From Octopus sinensis (Eukaryota): DNA of 31,644 bases. The stretch is taken from NCBI RefSeq assembly GCF_006345805.1, contig NW_021832180.1:1-31644 (forward strand). The letters run 5' to 3'. The position numbers and the translations under genes are program-made. The notes under the pieces were generated by a model that had not been told where the DNA came from, searched no databases, and was given only the letters and a program-made list of their open reading frames with translations. Shown one piece after another: positions 21,721-31,644 of the stretch (the first letter of the stretch is position 1; the number at the start of each line of letters is the position of its first letter).

Positions 21721-21785
21721 ATATAAATATATGTATGTATACATCTAGATACATAGATAGAGACATACATATGTGTATATATATA

Positions 21786-21816
<31 letters not shown>

Positions 21817-21962
21817 CCTATATATACTTATTTACACCCATATGCATTCACACACATACACGCACACACACGCATACACATGCAGCACATATACATTCAT
21901 ATATTTATCTACGTATATACATATATCTATTCACAATCATAAGTCTTACACCAATACATATA

Positions 21963-22002
<40 letters not shown>

Positions 22003-22041
22003 CATTCATATACATTTACATAAATATATATGCATGCTTAA

Positions 22042-22087
<46 letters not shown>

Positions 22088-22245
22088 ATGTATATATATA
22101 CATATGCATGGATACACGTATATATATATATACATATATGCGGTGTGTGTGTGTGTATGTGTGTGTGCGTGTGTGTATGTGTATGTGTGTGTGCGTGCGT
22201 GTGTGTATGTGTGTGTGTGCGTGCGTGTGTGTGTGCGTGTGTGGA
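20285..22245. repeat. Extended region dominated by (TA)n/(TG)n/(CA)n/(CATA)n tracts with short unique spacers
   Basis: Directly visible; explains the many ORFs in 20203-22376. Confidence 0.85.
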
Positions 22246-22290
22246 GGTTGTTGTGTGACCATGCACATGTCCACAAATTTCTTCTTTTAG

Positions 22291-22356
22291 CCGGTCGCGG
22301 TGCACATTTATCGTTATTGGAAACCATTACCCATCAAGAAAGATTCGTTGGTTTGA
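22291..22356 (+). other. Candidate exon ([20 protein letters not shown][V*])
   Basis: tttcttcttttag acceptor; 20 codons then GTTTGA. Confidence 0.22.
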
Positions 22357-22931
22357 TATCGGATTTACAAACATGAATTCATACACCCACCCCCCAACAC
22401 ACACGCACACACACACAATGTATATGCACGCATATATATATACATACATTCATTACATACAAAGATGGTTTCGTCAACAACAGGCCTAGATATTCATTAA
22501 AAATTTGTATTAACGTTTTTCCTCCTTCGATTATGTCGAACTAACTCTGTCTCCCTCTATAGTTCCATATCATTTTTGTTTTTCTTTTTTCCCGTACTGT
22601 TACTGATGCAAGCGAAACACATTTTTTTTTTTATTCAACAGTGTAGTATTTACTCAGACCGTATTATATGAATTATTTCCCACGATGTGGTATTTTGTCC
22701 TGACGATCATGGCTGACAAGAAAAAGCACCAGCAGCGATATCAACATGAACAGAACAACCAAATATGGCCGCTTTTGCTTTGGTCTTAACATATATTTAA
22801 CTCTTTAGCGGTTCTCAACAGCCGATTCTGTGGTTGATCACGTGATAGGCATATATGTACATGTAGAGGTAGGTACGTACATATATGTTTATATATATGC
22901 ATATGTTTTATTTCATTTATTAATATATATC

Positions 22932-22970
<39 letters not shown>

Positions 22971-23045
22971 TAAAACATTATCGACCAGACAATCGAATGT
23001 TGTTGCACATCACTGCGCACAATGCTCTTTCTTGTATTGTTGTAG

Positions 23046-23104
23046 CATTTGAACGACGCTACCTGATTGGCTCGAACCGTGCCTGTAGAGCTTATCCCGA
23101 ACGG
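23046..23104 (+). other. Candidate 59 nt exon (xFERRYLIGSNRACRAYPER, phase 1)
   Basis: ctctttcttgtattgttgtag acceptor; CGG|GTAATG donor. Confidence 0.25.
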
Positions 23105-23193
23105 GTAATGCTTCTCAATAGCACTGCCAGGCCAGGGATCTTTGGTTGATTGTCCATAGGTCCCGGCTCGAAAGTTGTCCTGAACAGGCGGAT

Positions 23194-23233
<40 letters not shown>

Positions 23234-23244
23234 TGTATGCGTGT

Positions 23245-23276
<32 letters not shown>

Positions 23277-23284
23277 ATCAACGT

Positions 23285-23500
23285 GAGTGTGTGTCTTTCT
23301 CTCTCCCGCCTTACGCCAGTGTTGGCTTGTTTGCGCCCCCGTAACTTAACGGTTTCTCGAAAGAGACCAATAGGATAAGTACCAGAGTCCAAAAACGAGT
23401 ACTAATGTCTAACTGCTTGGTTAAACCCTTCAAAGTGGTGTCCCAGCAGGGACGCAGCCCAATGAATGGAACATGTAAAAGAGAGAAGAGAAGTTGAGTA
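23285..23500 (+). mobile_element. CORE-type SINE 3' half, diverged
   Basis: cccgtaacttaacggtttctcgaaagagaccaataggataagtacc...ggtgtcccagcagggacgcagcccaatgaatggaac. Confidence 0.7.
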
Positions 23501-23773
23501 ATAAAGCTTCCAGCATTTGTTGTCCAGGAAATAAGTATTCCAGAGAAGAATTGTTAGGCGAACACCTGTGATGCTAACGTGACATTATTTTCAAAAGACA
23601 GCCAAGACGGGAATGATTCGCATGCTAAGGATTGATAAACATTTAAACAAACCACTGACGTTGTCGCTATCTTCGGCATCTCAAAATATTCCGAGATCTC
23701 GGGATGTAAATATTTGATAGCTGCACGTGTAAAAGCAACAACTTCCAAAACACAAAAAACATTTACATGAAGC

Positions 23774-23817
<44 letters not shown>

Positions 23818-23946
23818 TTCTATGTACATCTCTAGAGAGAGAGGGGGAGAGAGGAGAGAGAGAAAATAAGAGTGAGAGAGGGAGGGAGAGAGAAATAGAG
23901 AAAGAGCGATAGAGAGAGACAGGGAAGGCTATATATATATACAAAC

Positions 23947-23984
<38 letters not shown>

Positions 23985-24884
23985 ATATATATATCCCTCT
24001 CTCTCTCTCATTCACTTTCCCTCACTCCCTCTCTCCCGCCCTCTCTCAATCTCACTTGCTTTCTCTCTCTCCCTCTCACTCTCTATCTCTCTTTCTCAGT
24101 TACTTTACATATATATGTGTGTGTGTGTTTATATATATGTATACATGTGTTATGTATGTATGTATGTATGTATGTATCTTTCTATATGTTTATGAATCTA
24201 ACTGTTTGTCTGTCTGCCTGTCGGTCTGTCTGTCTGTCTCCATGTTTGTCTCTATCCATGTCTGTTTGTCTCCATGTCTGTCCGTATGTCTATTATCTAT
24301 GCTCCACACGGCGAAGTATAATTAAATGAAATGTAATTAAATGAGTTCTAGAAATACTGTGGAATATGTTCTCTGAAGAAAAAAAATTGACCTAGATTAG
24401 AGTACTACATACAACCATCGAGTGTTACATGGTTCAGCCGAACTGCGAGAAATAGCAGTCAAATTACCATGTTAGAATGCGTAACATAATGGGATAATGT
24501 GGTTCCTGATGTATGCTGCCTGAACAAAAACAGAGAGGATAGTGGAATGACTTTGATCATAGGTCAGCTCAAACAGAGTTATACATGTGCGTGTGTGTGC
24601 GCGCGTGTGTGCATGTGTGTGTGCATGTGTGCGTGTGTATGTGTGTGTGTGTGTGTATATTGTATACACACATGCATATCGATCCTCATATCTAAGCAGC
24701 CGACTTACTGCTTTAACCATATATACTGAAATATTTCCGCCAATTACTGAAGAAGATTTACGTAATGGATGCATTTGCAATTATATATTACGCAGACCTG
24801 AGATGTGCGTGTTAAATGATTTCAAAATATCTCTATTTGACTTCATTTCATTATTACAGCTTACAAACATACATACAAATATGT

Positions 24885-24945
24885 AAGGCGGTGCTTAAGC
24901 ATGGCCGCAGGCAAATGACTGAAACAAGTAAAAGAGTAGAAGAGA
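24885..24945 (+). mobile_element. CORE-type SINE tail fragment
   Basis: aaggcggtgcttaagcatggccgcaggcaaatgactgaaacaagtaaaagagta. Confidence 0.75.
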
Positions 24946-24985
24946 ATATGAATGTGTATATGCAAGTATGTGCGTACGTATGTGC

Positions 24986-25016
<31 letters not shown>

Positions 25017-25142
25017 TGTATGTATGTATGTATGTGTGTGTGTATGTATGTATACATCCAAAGCAGCCTCTTCCAGACTGTGGATACTAGAGAAATTTGG
25101 AGATTATAAAAGGTTCCGATAGAGTTAGGTGTTTTAGGGTGG

Positions 25143-25538
25143 ATAATCATTTCTGCTATAGGTATAAGGCCTAAATTTTTTTGTAGGGGAAGGGCCAGTC
25201 TATTACATCGACCTCTGTGCACAACTGGTACTTAATATATCGATCCTGAAAGTAGGAAAGGCAAAGTCGCCCGCGGCGGAATTTGAACTCAGAACGTAGC
25301 AACAGGCGAAATACCTATTTCTTTACTACCCACAAGGGGCTAAACACAGAGAGGACAAACAACGACAGACAAACGGATTAAGTTGATAACATCTACCCCA
25401 GTGCGTAACTGGTACTTAATTTATCGATCCCGAAAGGATGAAAGGCAAAGCCGACTTCGGCGGATTTTGAACTCAGAACGTAACGGCAGACGAAATACCG
25501 CCAAGCATTTCGTCCGGCGTGCTAACGATTCCGCCAGT
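25143..25538 (-). mobile_element. Meta-type SINE dimer
   Basis: Two units joined at gaaatacctatttctttactacccac, the same junction as in the 15665 trimer. Confidence 0.88.
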
Positions 25539-25661
25539 TAGAATGGATAATGAGTGAACTATGTAAGGAAGCGGATAATAATATTTCTAGGTATGTATTG
25601 TATTGTAGGCCTAGCTCAGGATGAAACTCAGTAAAGACTGCCTTCTTTGATGTAATGATAA

Positions 25662-25840
25662 TGAGACCCCCTTCGGTCATGACTGACTGTGGGATTGCAC
25701 CTAGAATGTTACACTCCCAGGCACAACTCCGGGCAAGGTTGTTTATGGAAGACCAGCAGTCGCCCCTGCATACCAGCCTCCCCTCTCCACGCCACCAGTG
25801 TTATCCAAGGAAAAGGCAAAGGCCGATACAGCTTGGCACC
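25662..25840 (-). mobile_element. 3' portion of another SINE/LINE-tail family
   Basis: GC-rich island gacccccttcggtcatgactgactgtgggattgcacctag...ggccgatacagcttggcacc resembling a recalled Octopus repeat; single copy here. Confidence 0.5.
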
Positions 25841-25957
25841 TTTGATGTAAGAAATATATATTCATACAGTGAAGCAAACGTGTTGAATTCTATACTAGAT
25901 AATGTTTGCAATATGCGAAATATATTATTGATATATTTAATAATATTGCTTTATATA

Positions 25958-26361
25958 GTGGAGGCGCAATGGCCCGTTGGTTAGGGCAGCGGACTCGTGG
26001 TCATAGGTTAGCGGTCTGGATTCCCAGACTGGGTGTTGTGAGGGTTTCTTGAGCGAAAACACCTAAAGCTCCACGATGCTCCGGCAGTGGATGGTGGTGA
26101 ACTCTACTGTAATCTTTCACCCCAACTTTCTCTCACTCTTTCTCATTCTGTACTTTGAAGTACAGGTACAACTGTTTCTGTTGTACCTGTACTTCAAAGG
26201 GCCAGCCTTGTCACACTCTGTGTCATGCTGAATCTCCCAGCGAACTACGTTAAGAGTATACGTATCTGTGGAGTGCTCAGCCACTTGCACGTTAATTTCA
26301 CGAGCAGGCTGTTCCGTTGATCGTGTCAAATGGAACCCTCGTCATCGTAACCGACGGAGTG
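25958..26361 (+). mobile_element. tRNA-derived SINE, third family, full length
   Basis: A-box-like tggcccgttggttagg, B-box-like ggtctggattccc, body shared with 12060-12437, tail gtaaccgacggagtg. Confidence 0.85.
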
Positions 26362-26399
26362 TCACTACTATGTATATTTTAGGCAATGATGAAACAAAA

Positions 26400-26870
26400 C
26401 AAGACAAAACGAGAGGGGCAAGGTTTAGCAATGATTGTACTAGTTTAACGCTTGAAAGAAAGGGAAAGAGTCAAGACGTTTCGGACGTAAGACCTTCATC
26501 AGAAACAGAGGAAACAATTAGGAAGATGAAAAAGGAGCAAGGTTTGTGAGCCAAAGAAAAAGGTTAGGTACTAAGTGGGGATGCGGTTCTATGGGGAGGA
26601 GTTAAGGAGAAAAGAAAAGGTTGGGTGTGCATGTATAGGTGGGCGCCCGTGTAACGAGATAGAGAAGTGTTTTGGTGTGATGATGTGGGGCTTGTAGGCA
26701 TTTGGTGATGAGGAGGAGCGTGTGTTTTCTTGAGGTATGTGAAGTTGAGCAAGTGTGGAAGTGTGGTGGCATGGGATAGTGAACATGTGGTAGGATGGTG
26801 GGTGTGATCGTACTGTAGGGGAAGGTAGGTGAAAAAGAAGGTAAAAATACTGCTGAAAACAGTTCGTTGC
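26400..26870 (-). mobile_element. Probable PLE remnant with hammerhead-like motif at 26472-26506
   Basis: Reverse complement GUUU-CUGAUGA-A-GGUC uuac GUCC-GAAAC-GUC, followed by caagcgttaaactagtac, similar to the 9260-9420 element. Confidence 0.45.
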
Positions 26871-26965
26871 TTTGCGTCTATACAGTCCCGAGTTCGATAC
26901 AACTGCGCAGCATTTTGGGCAAACGTCATTTCCTATGGCCACGGGCTGGCCCTTAGCTTTTGAGT
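26855..26965 (+). mobile_element. Degenerate CORE-type SINE head fragment
   Basis: gtcccgagttcgatacaactgcgcagcattttgggcaaacgtc (B-box plus CORE-like start). Confidence 0.55.
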
Positions 26966-27077
26966 AAAGGAGCTTTTAAGAAATTTATCAAAGTTTTCTA
27001 TTTACAAGACAATATTTTTCGTACTTGTGCTCATGCTAGCATTTGCGATATTTCCTCGGATTATTATAAAGAAGATA

Positions 27078-27466
27078 TAGGCAAAGACGCGGCCGTGTGG
27101 TAAGAAGTTTGCTTTCCAACAACATGGTTCCAGGTTCAGTACTACCTCGTGGAAGCTTGGGCAAGTGTCTTCTAATATAACCTTGGGCCGAACAAAGCCG
27201 AAACTGAAAGATGTCCCTCGTATATATGTGCGCGTGTGTGTGCGCATGTCTTTTTCTTTGTGCTTCTGTCTCCCACAAATGCTTGAGAAGCGGCAGTGGT
27301 GTATTTACGTCCCTGTAACTTAGCGGTTGAGCAAAAGAAACCGATAGAATAAGTATCAGGCTTAAAGAACAAAGAAATAAGTACTGGAGTCGATTTATTC
27401 GACTAAAAGTTCTCGACGATGGTGCCCCAGCATGGCCATTGTCTAATAAATGAAACGAATAAACGA
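27078..27466 (+). mobile_element. CORE-type SINE, near full length
   Basis: ggccgtgtggtaagaag...ggttccaggttcagt...cttgggcaagtgtcttct...gtaacttagcggttgagcaaaagaaaccgatagaataag...ccagcatggcc. Confidence 0.88.
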
Positions 27467-28257
27467 TATTTCTTTATATACCCAGGCCTATTCCCCATTT
27501 TTTAGGAGGGGGTAGCCACAAGAAGACACACACCAGGCATTCCAGTCATTTCCCACCTCAAAGATGCGAACCCCGATCTATGCTCGGGTCAAGGCATAGA
27601 ACGCAACCCTCGATATCAGCAGTGGGGCCCGACAACATATGCTGGTTTACCCTCCGCCGCATCATGCTGGTTTCGTACCACTTCGAGCAACATCAGATCT
27701 ACTCATCCATCCACAGACACTCTCCAAGATTTCCTATCGTTATAGACTCTCTTGCCTTTCTCACTCCAACACTTCTAACCACCAAAGCTTTCCTCACTCC
27801 ATCCATCCACACAAAAGGAAAAAAAGAAAATATAATAAATGAAACTATTCCACAATTGTTTTGAAACCTGTAATATCCTGACATCACCAAAATGTTTAAC
27901 AGAACTAGTGTGACACCAACAGGCTGTGTCTGAGGAGAGAAAAACGTGTGGGAAGCTGTTTAATCTTATTTCAGATGGTCTTGGGTGTTTGGAATATGGG
28001 GTACTACTCGGACAACATCTGGTAAACAACAGCAGCAAAAATAAATACACCAACCAGATGTTCAAATAAAAAGAGAATAACATCTTGCGGGTGCAGAGCA
28101 GATTATTCATTTTATAAAGATGCACCCTAGAAATTTTGAACAAACCTACACGGATAGGGTTGTTTAGAAAGATATTACCCTGAATACCAAAGTTAGATGG
28201 TTCAGCAGTGGGGATTCTATATGGCCATATTGCTGAGATGGCAACCTCTCGTGTATA

Positions 28258-28294
<37 letters not shown>

Positions 28295-28440
28295 TAATAA
28301 TAATAATAATAATAATAAGGAGAAAGAAGAAGAGAAAGAAGAAGAAGAAGAAGAAGAAGAAGAAGAAGAAGAGAAAGAAGAAGAAGAAGAAGAAGAAGAA
28401 GAAGAGAAGAAGAAGAAGAAGAAGAGAAGAAGAAAAACGA
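28258..28440. repeat. (AAT)n followed by (GAA)n microsatellites
   Basis: Directly visible. Confidence 0.95.
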
Positions 28441-28721
28441 AATAGAAAAGTATCAGGCCTTAAAGAACAAGAAGTGCAAAATTTGTCTTAACTGGTACAT
28501 CACACGTATTGAGAAGAGCATTGTCGACGTGAGAACATTACTACCCATGTATTTAATTTAACTTTAAAAAAAAAAGAACGAACTAGTGAGTTTAGTTTAA
28601 TGGCCTACCAAGTATACTATGAGTTTCTTTGCCCTAGGAGTCGGAAGACACTCGCAAGAAATGGAAGCAAATTTGAAAGAAGAAGAAAAAAAGATAACAA
28701 TAATAATAATAATAATAGCAA

Positions 28722-29009
28722 CAATCCTCTTAAGTACGAAATCGCCCGGCTATAAAAAATAAAGTGGGTAAAAAAGTGGCAATTATTGTTAAGTCCTTGG
28801 GAACAGTATCACAAAGGATCAAGGGAAATCTAAAAGAAATTCGAATAGAGTGCCCAGTAGAACTGTTACAAAAGGTTCGCCTCCTTGGCACGGTCAGAAT
28901 AATCAGGAAAGTATTAGATAACTGCAAAGAACGAACAGCATGGTATCGTAGCAAGCCCGCTACGCATGCAAGACTCCAGGAGCTTCAACACAATTTGTGA
29001 TAAAGGGAA

Positions 29010-29080
<71 letters not shown>
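28722..29080 (+). mobile_element. 3' end of an R4/Dong-like (restriction-like endonuclease) non-LTR retrotransposon with (AAT)n tail
   Basis: LKYEIARL*K / VAIIVKSLGTVSQRIKGNLKEIRIECPVELLQKVRLLGTVRIIRKVLD resembles the RLE C-terminal pattern KY..L..E..LW..V.PIIIGALG...LQK..LLGT..I.R..L; bounded by (AAT)n on both sides. Confidence 0.7.
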
Positions 29081-29108
<28 letters not shown>

Positions 29109-29166
29109 AAGAAGAAGAAGAAGAAGAAGAAAATTAAGATGATGATGATGATGATGATGATGATGA

Positions 29167-29735
29167 TAAGTGCCCTGATGCAATACCAAACACTGGCTGT
29201 CATGGCTTCTGATCTTAACTCTGACTGGAAGTGTTATCGTGTGCATGTCTTGTCTTGGTATAAAGGATGGGCTACAGCAAATATTCTGCTTAATACCACA
29301 TATTTACTTGTCAGTTGTTTGACAATAACAAGTTGAGCATGTCCCTTAGTGGTTGACGATATGTGCAACTCTGATCACGAGCAGAAATAGTGGGGGAGCA
29401 CCATAGCCATGTGTTGAGAGGAATCCTTTGGGGTGTGGATGATTCACCTCTGGAAACATGGGTGGTTCGTTCATCATCCTTTAACAACATTTATTCAGAG
29501 ACCGTTTGTGCGGGATGGGCTACTCGACCTGAAAAAAAAAAACTAACTGGGTCCCCACCTGCAAGATTATACGCTGTTTATCTTGTTATGAGAACACCAT
29601 GTCGTGCACGTGGTTATGGTTCATGTGCCTGGTGTACCCTTATCAGTCGGGTAGTCATGATAGGTATATTGGGCTTCGTATATTTGTACCCCTGTGTCAT
29701 TTTAATGGCATGCGCTGCTCTCTCAATGAGGATGA
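29167..29735. mobile_element. Unclassified interspersed repeat flanked by (GAT)n/(AAT)n
   Basis: GC-richer island between trinucleotide arrays resembling a recalled Octopus repeat; no coding motif recognised. Confidence 0.35.
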
Positions 29736-29740
29736 TGATG

Positions 29741-29799
<59 letters not shown>

Positions 29800-30519
29800 C
29801 AACAACAACAACAAAAAATAATGACACCAATGACGTGTGATGAGGAGAATGATGTCTTACATTTTGAATTGGAGCATAAGAAACAAACTCATATGAATCT
29901 CTAAACTCAAACCAGATAACTGAAATGCCTTCCCTTCGTAGCCTGTGGAATGAATGGAGTTCCAATATTCCAAAACCAGACACCTTGAAGATCTTTCCTT
30001 CCTGTCTGAGCATTCACAAGGCAACCTGATACCTTTGGGACACCGACTTTATTAGCTCACTCAGTGCTATTCTAATCGCCTCATCATCTCCACTAAGAAC
30101 AAACGTTACAGGAAACTGATCAACTGAATTTTACTGCACCCGGACGCTTCTACAGGCCCTCAGTCAAACACCATTGCTGTATCACTTTCTACTTGCTTTG
30201 TTTGCCGGAATATACTCAAAACCACTCTCCGAATGCCCGGAGAATGCTTGTATATTTTGTATGTGATACCATTTTGTAAGGTGTACTTTTGGATCTAGTT
30301 TTTCTTTTTCACAAACATCCCAAATTCTTTGACTGAGAGGGGGTAATTCTTTGGAACTGGATCTCAGACGTGAGAGGAATTATCACACAAGTGATACACA
30401 CACGCACATACACACACACAACACAAACACACACACACATACATATATATATACATAAATATATATGCATATGTATGTATGCAGTATTGTGTATATGTGT
30501 ATTCTATTTAGGTAGTGGG

Positions 30520-30960
30520 TAGCGATTTTCTTCACTACTTGAAGGAGTGACGACCCTGCCTGACACGAGACCCGGGATCAGCTTGCTCCGGTTGACAATA
30601 CCCGGTATGGGCCCTTATCCAGGGTTACGGAAAGAAGACAACCTTCAAAGAAATCCGTAGTGGTGCCCCGTAGGCGGTTTAGTGTTCGACTCGACACTCT
30701 TTCGGCAGCTCCTGCAACCAAGCTGGTGCCAAACGTAATGCTCTGCACTCCTTTGGACTACGCCAGCAAGGTCGAGAGAGGAATCCTGATGATTGGGCTA
30801 CTCAGGATTTTCTTAAATCTAGCCCAGGCCTGAGCAAAGCTGGAGAGGAAACTAGAGAGGACATGAAATGTAGGAACTTAAATCTAGCCCAGGCCTGAGC
30901 AAAGCTGGAGAGGAAACTAGAGAGGACATGAAATGTAGGAACCAGACTGGATTAGTTTAC
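30520..30960 (+). mobile_element. RTE-like LINE 5' region remnant
   Basis: GC-rich leader ending in aaactagagaggacatgaaatgtaggaac, which resembles a decayed APE N-terminal K..GTWNVRT motif. Confidence 0.45.
30812..30942 (+). repeat. Perfect 65 bp tandem duplication
   Basis: ttaaatctagcccaggcctgagcaaagctggagaggaaactagagaggacatgaaatgtaggaac at 30813-30877 and 30878-30942. Confidence 0.95.
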
Positions 30961-31644
30961 GCGCCCATTACAAAAGGATGCCAACAATGTATGTATGTAT
31001 TATATATATATTATATAATATATATATATATAATATATATATATACATACATATATACATATATACATACGTACATACATATCATACATACATATATATC
31101 TCAACATATATATATATACACGTACATACATACATACATACATACATACATACACATACATACATACATACACACACATTTATATATGTGCGTGTATATT
31201 TTATGTATATGTATATGTGCCATACATGTATGTGTGTGTGTGTGTGTTTATACATAAATAAATACACATTCGTAAATCGTAGTACATACATATGTACATA
31301 CACACACTACAAAAATATGTATTTATACATGTGTGTATATGGAAAAAAATGTAGCGATTTTAAGTCACAGGAAATAATAATTATTGCAGAAAAGTCAAGA
31401 AATAATTGAAGCGAAGTTAAAAAAATAATAACTGTTTAAGATGTTAAGAATAAATAATGGTTGAAAGAAAGGAATGGGTTAGGAAGGAAATTTTTAGCGA
31501 GAAGCTAAGATGCAGGTCTAAATGGAAGATCCCAAGAAAAGAAAAATAAAACAACGACATCAAACAAACTCGGCTGTGCCAAATAAAATTTGAAAATTCA
31601 TGTATATGAATGTATACGGCATGGTCACATAATCAGATACAGCG

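Noticed and set aside
23146-23156. tgattgtcca equals the first 10 nt of miR-219
   Set aside because: The rest of the mature sequence does not match and no precursor hairpin is visible.
23554-23770. About 65 open codons on the minus strand in unique DNA, including the 12 bp palindrome ccgagatctcgg
   Set aside because: No good acceptor, no recognised motif, and the length is within chance expectation.
24670-24886. Open + frame reading EIFPPITEEDLRNGCICNY
   Set aside because: No polypyrimidine acceptor before it and no recognisable homology.
27470-28200. Unique-looking island with 60-120 aa ORFs on both strands
   Set aside because: No recognisable motif; probably a decayed TE, but I cannot classify it.
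29820-30380. Non-repetitive island with minus-strand ORF 29723..30013
   Set aside because: The ORF is extended by microsatellite codons, other frames have multiple stops, and no motif is recognised.
30700-30800. Possible HDV-like ribozyme in the RTE-like leader (gctggtg/cgccagc helix, cactcctttgg)
   Set aside because: I could not assemble P3, P1.1 and P2 in the required order; an RNArobo HDV-descriptor search on the family consensus would settle it.

Overview
Eukaryotic, AT-rich, microsatellite-saturated DNA. The repeat families and density look like an octopod cephalopod genome (inference from recalled Octopus SINE families; no search run). There is no intact protein-coding gene, rRNA, tRNA or CRISPR array, and almost all ORFs in the track are translations of (TA)n, (CA)n, (TATG)n, (TAGA)n or (AAT)n repeats. 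The interpretable content is about 20 copies or fragments of several SINE-like families, three decayed Tc1/mariner transposase remnants, an R4/Dong-like RLE LINE 3' end, an RTE-like 5' fragment, a ~570 bp foldback element and Penelope-like element (PLE) remnants. Main hunt result: seven hammerhead-ribozyme (HHR) motifs from at least four to five PLE terminal-repeat families, mostly in inverted arrangements. One family, present in two identical copies, has a non-canonical core UUGAAAA, a compensatory U3:A8 swap of the C3:G8 pair. Second, weaker lead: several unique islands on the + strand have a polypyrimidine-AG acceptor, a short open frame and a GT(A/T)TGA ending. These could be cassette micro-exons or alternative last exons ending in PDZ-ligand-like motifs of an unidentified host gene.
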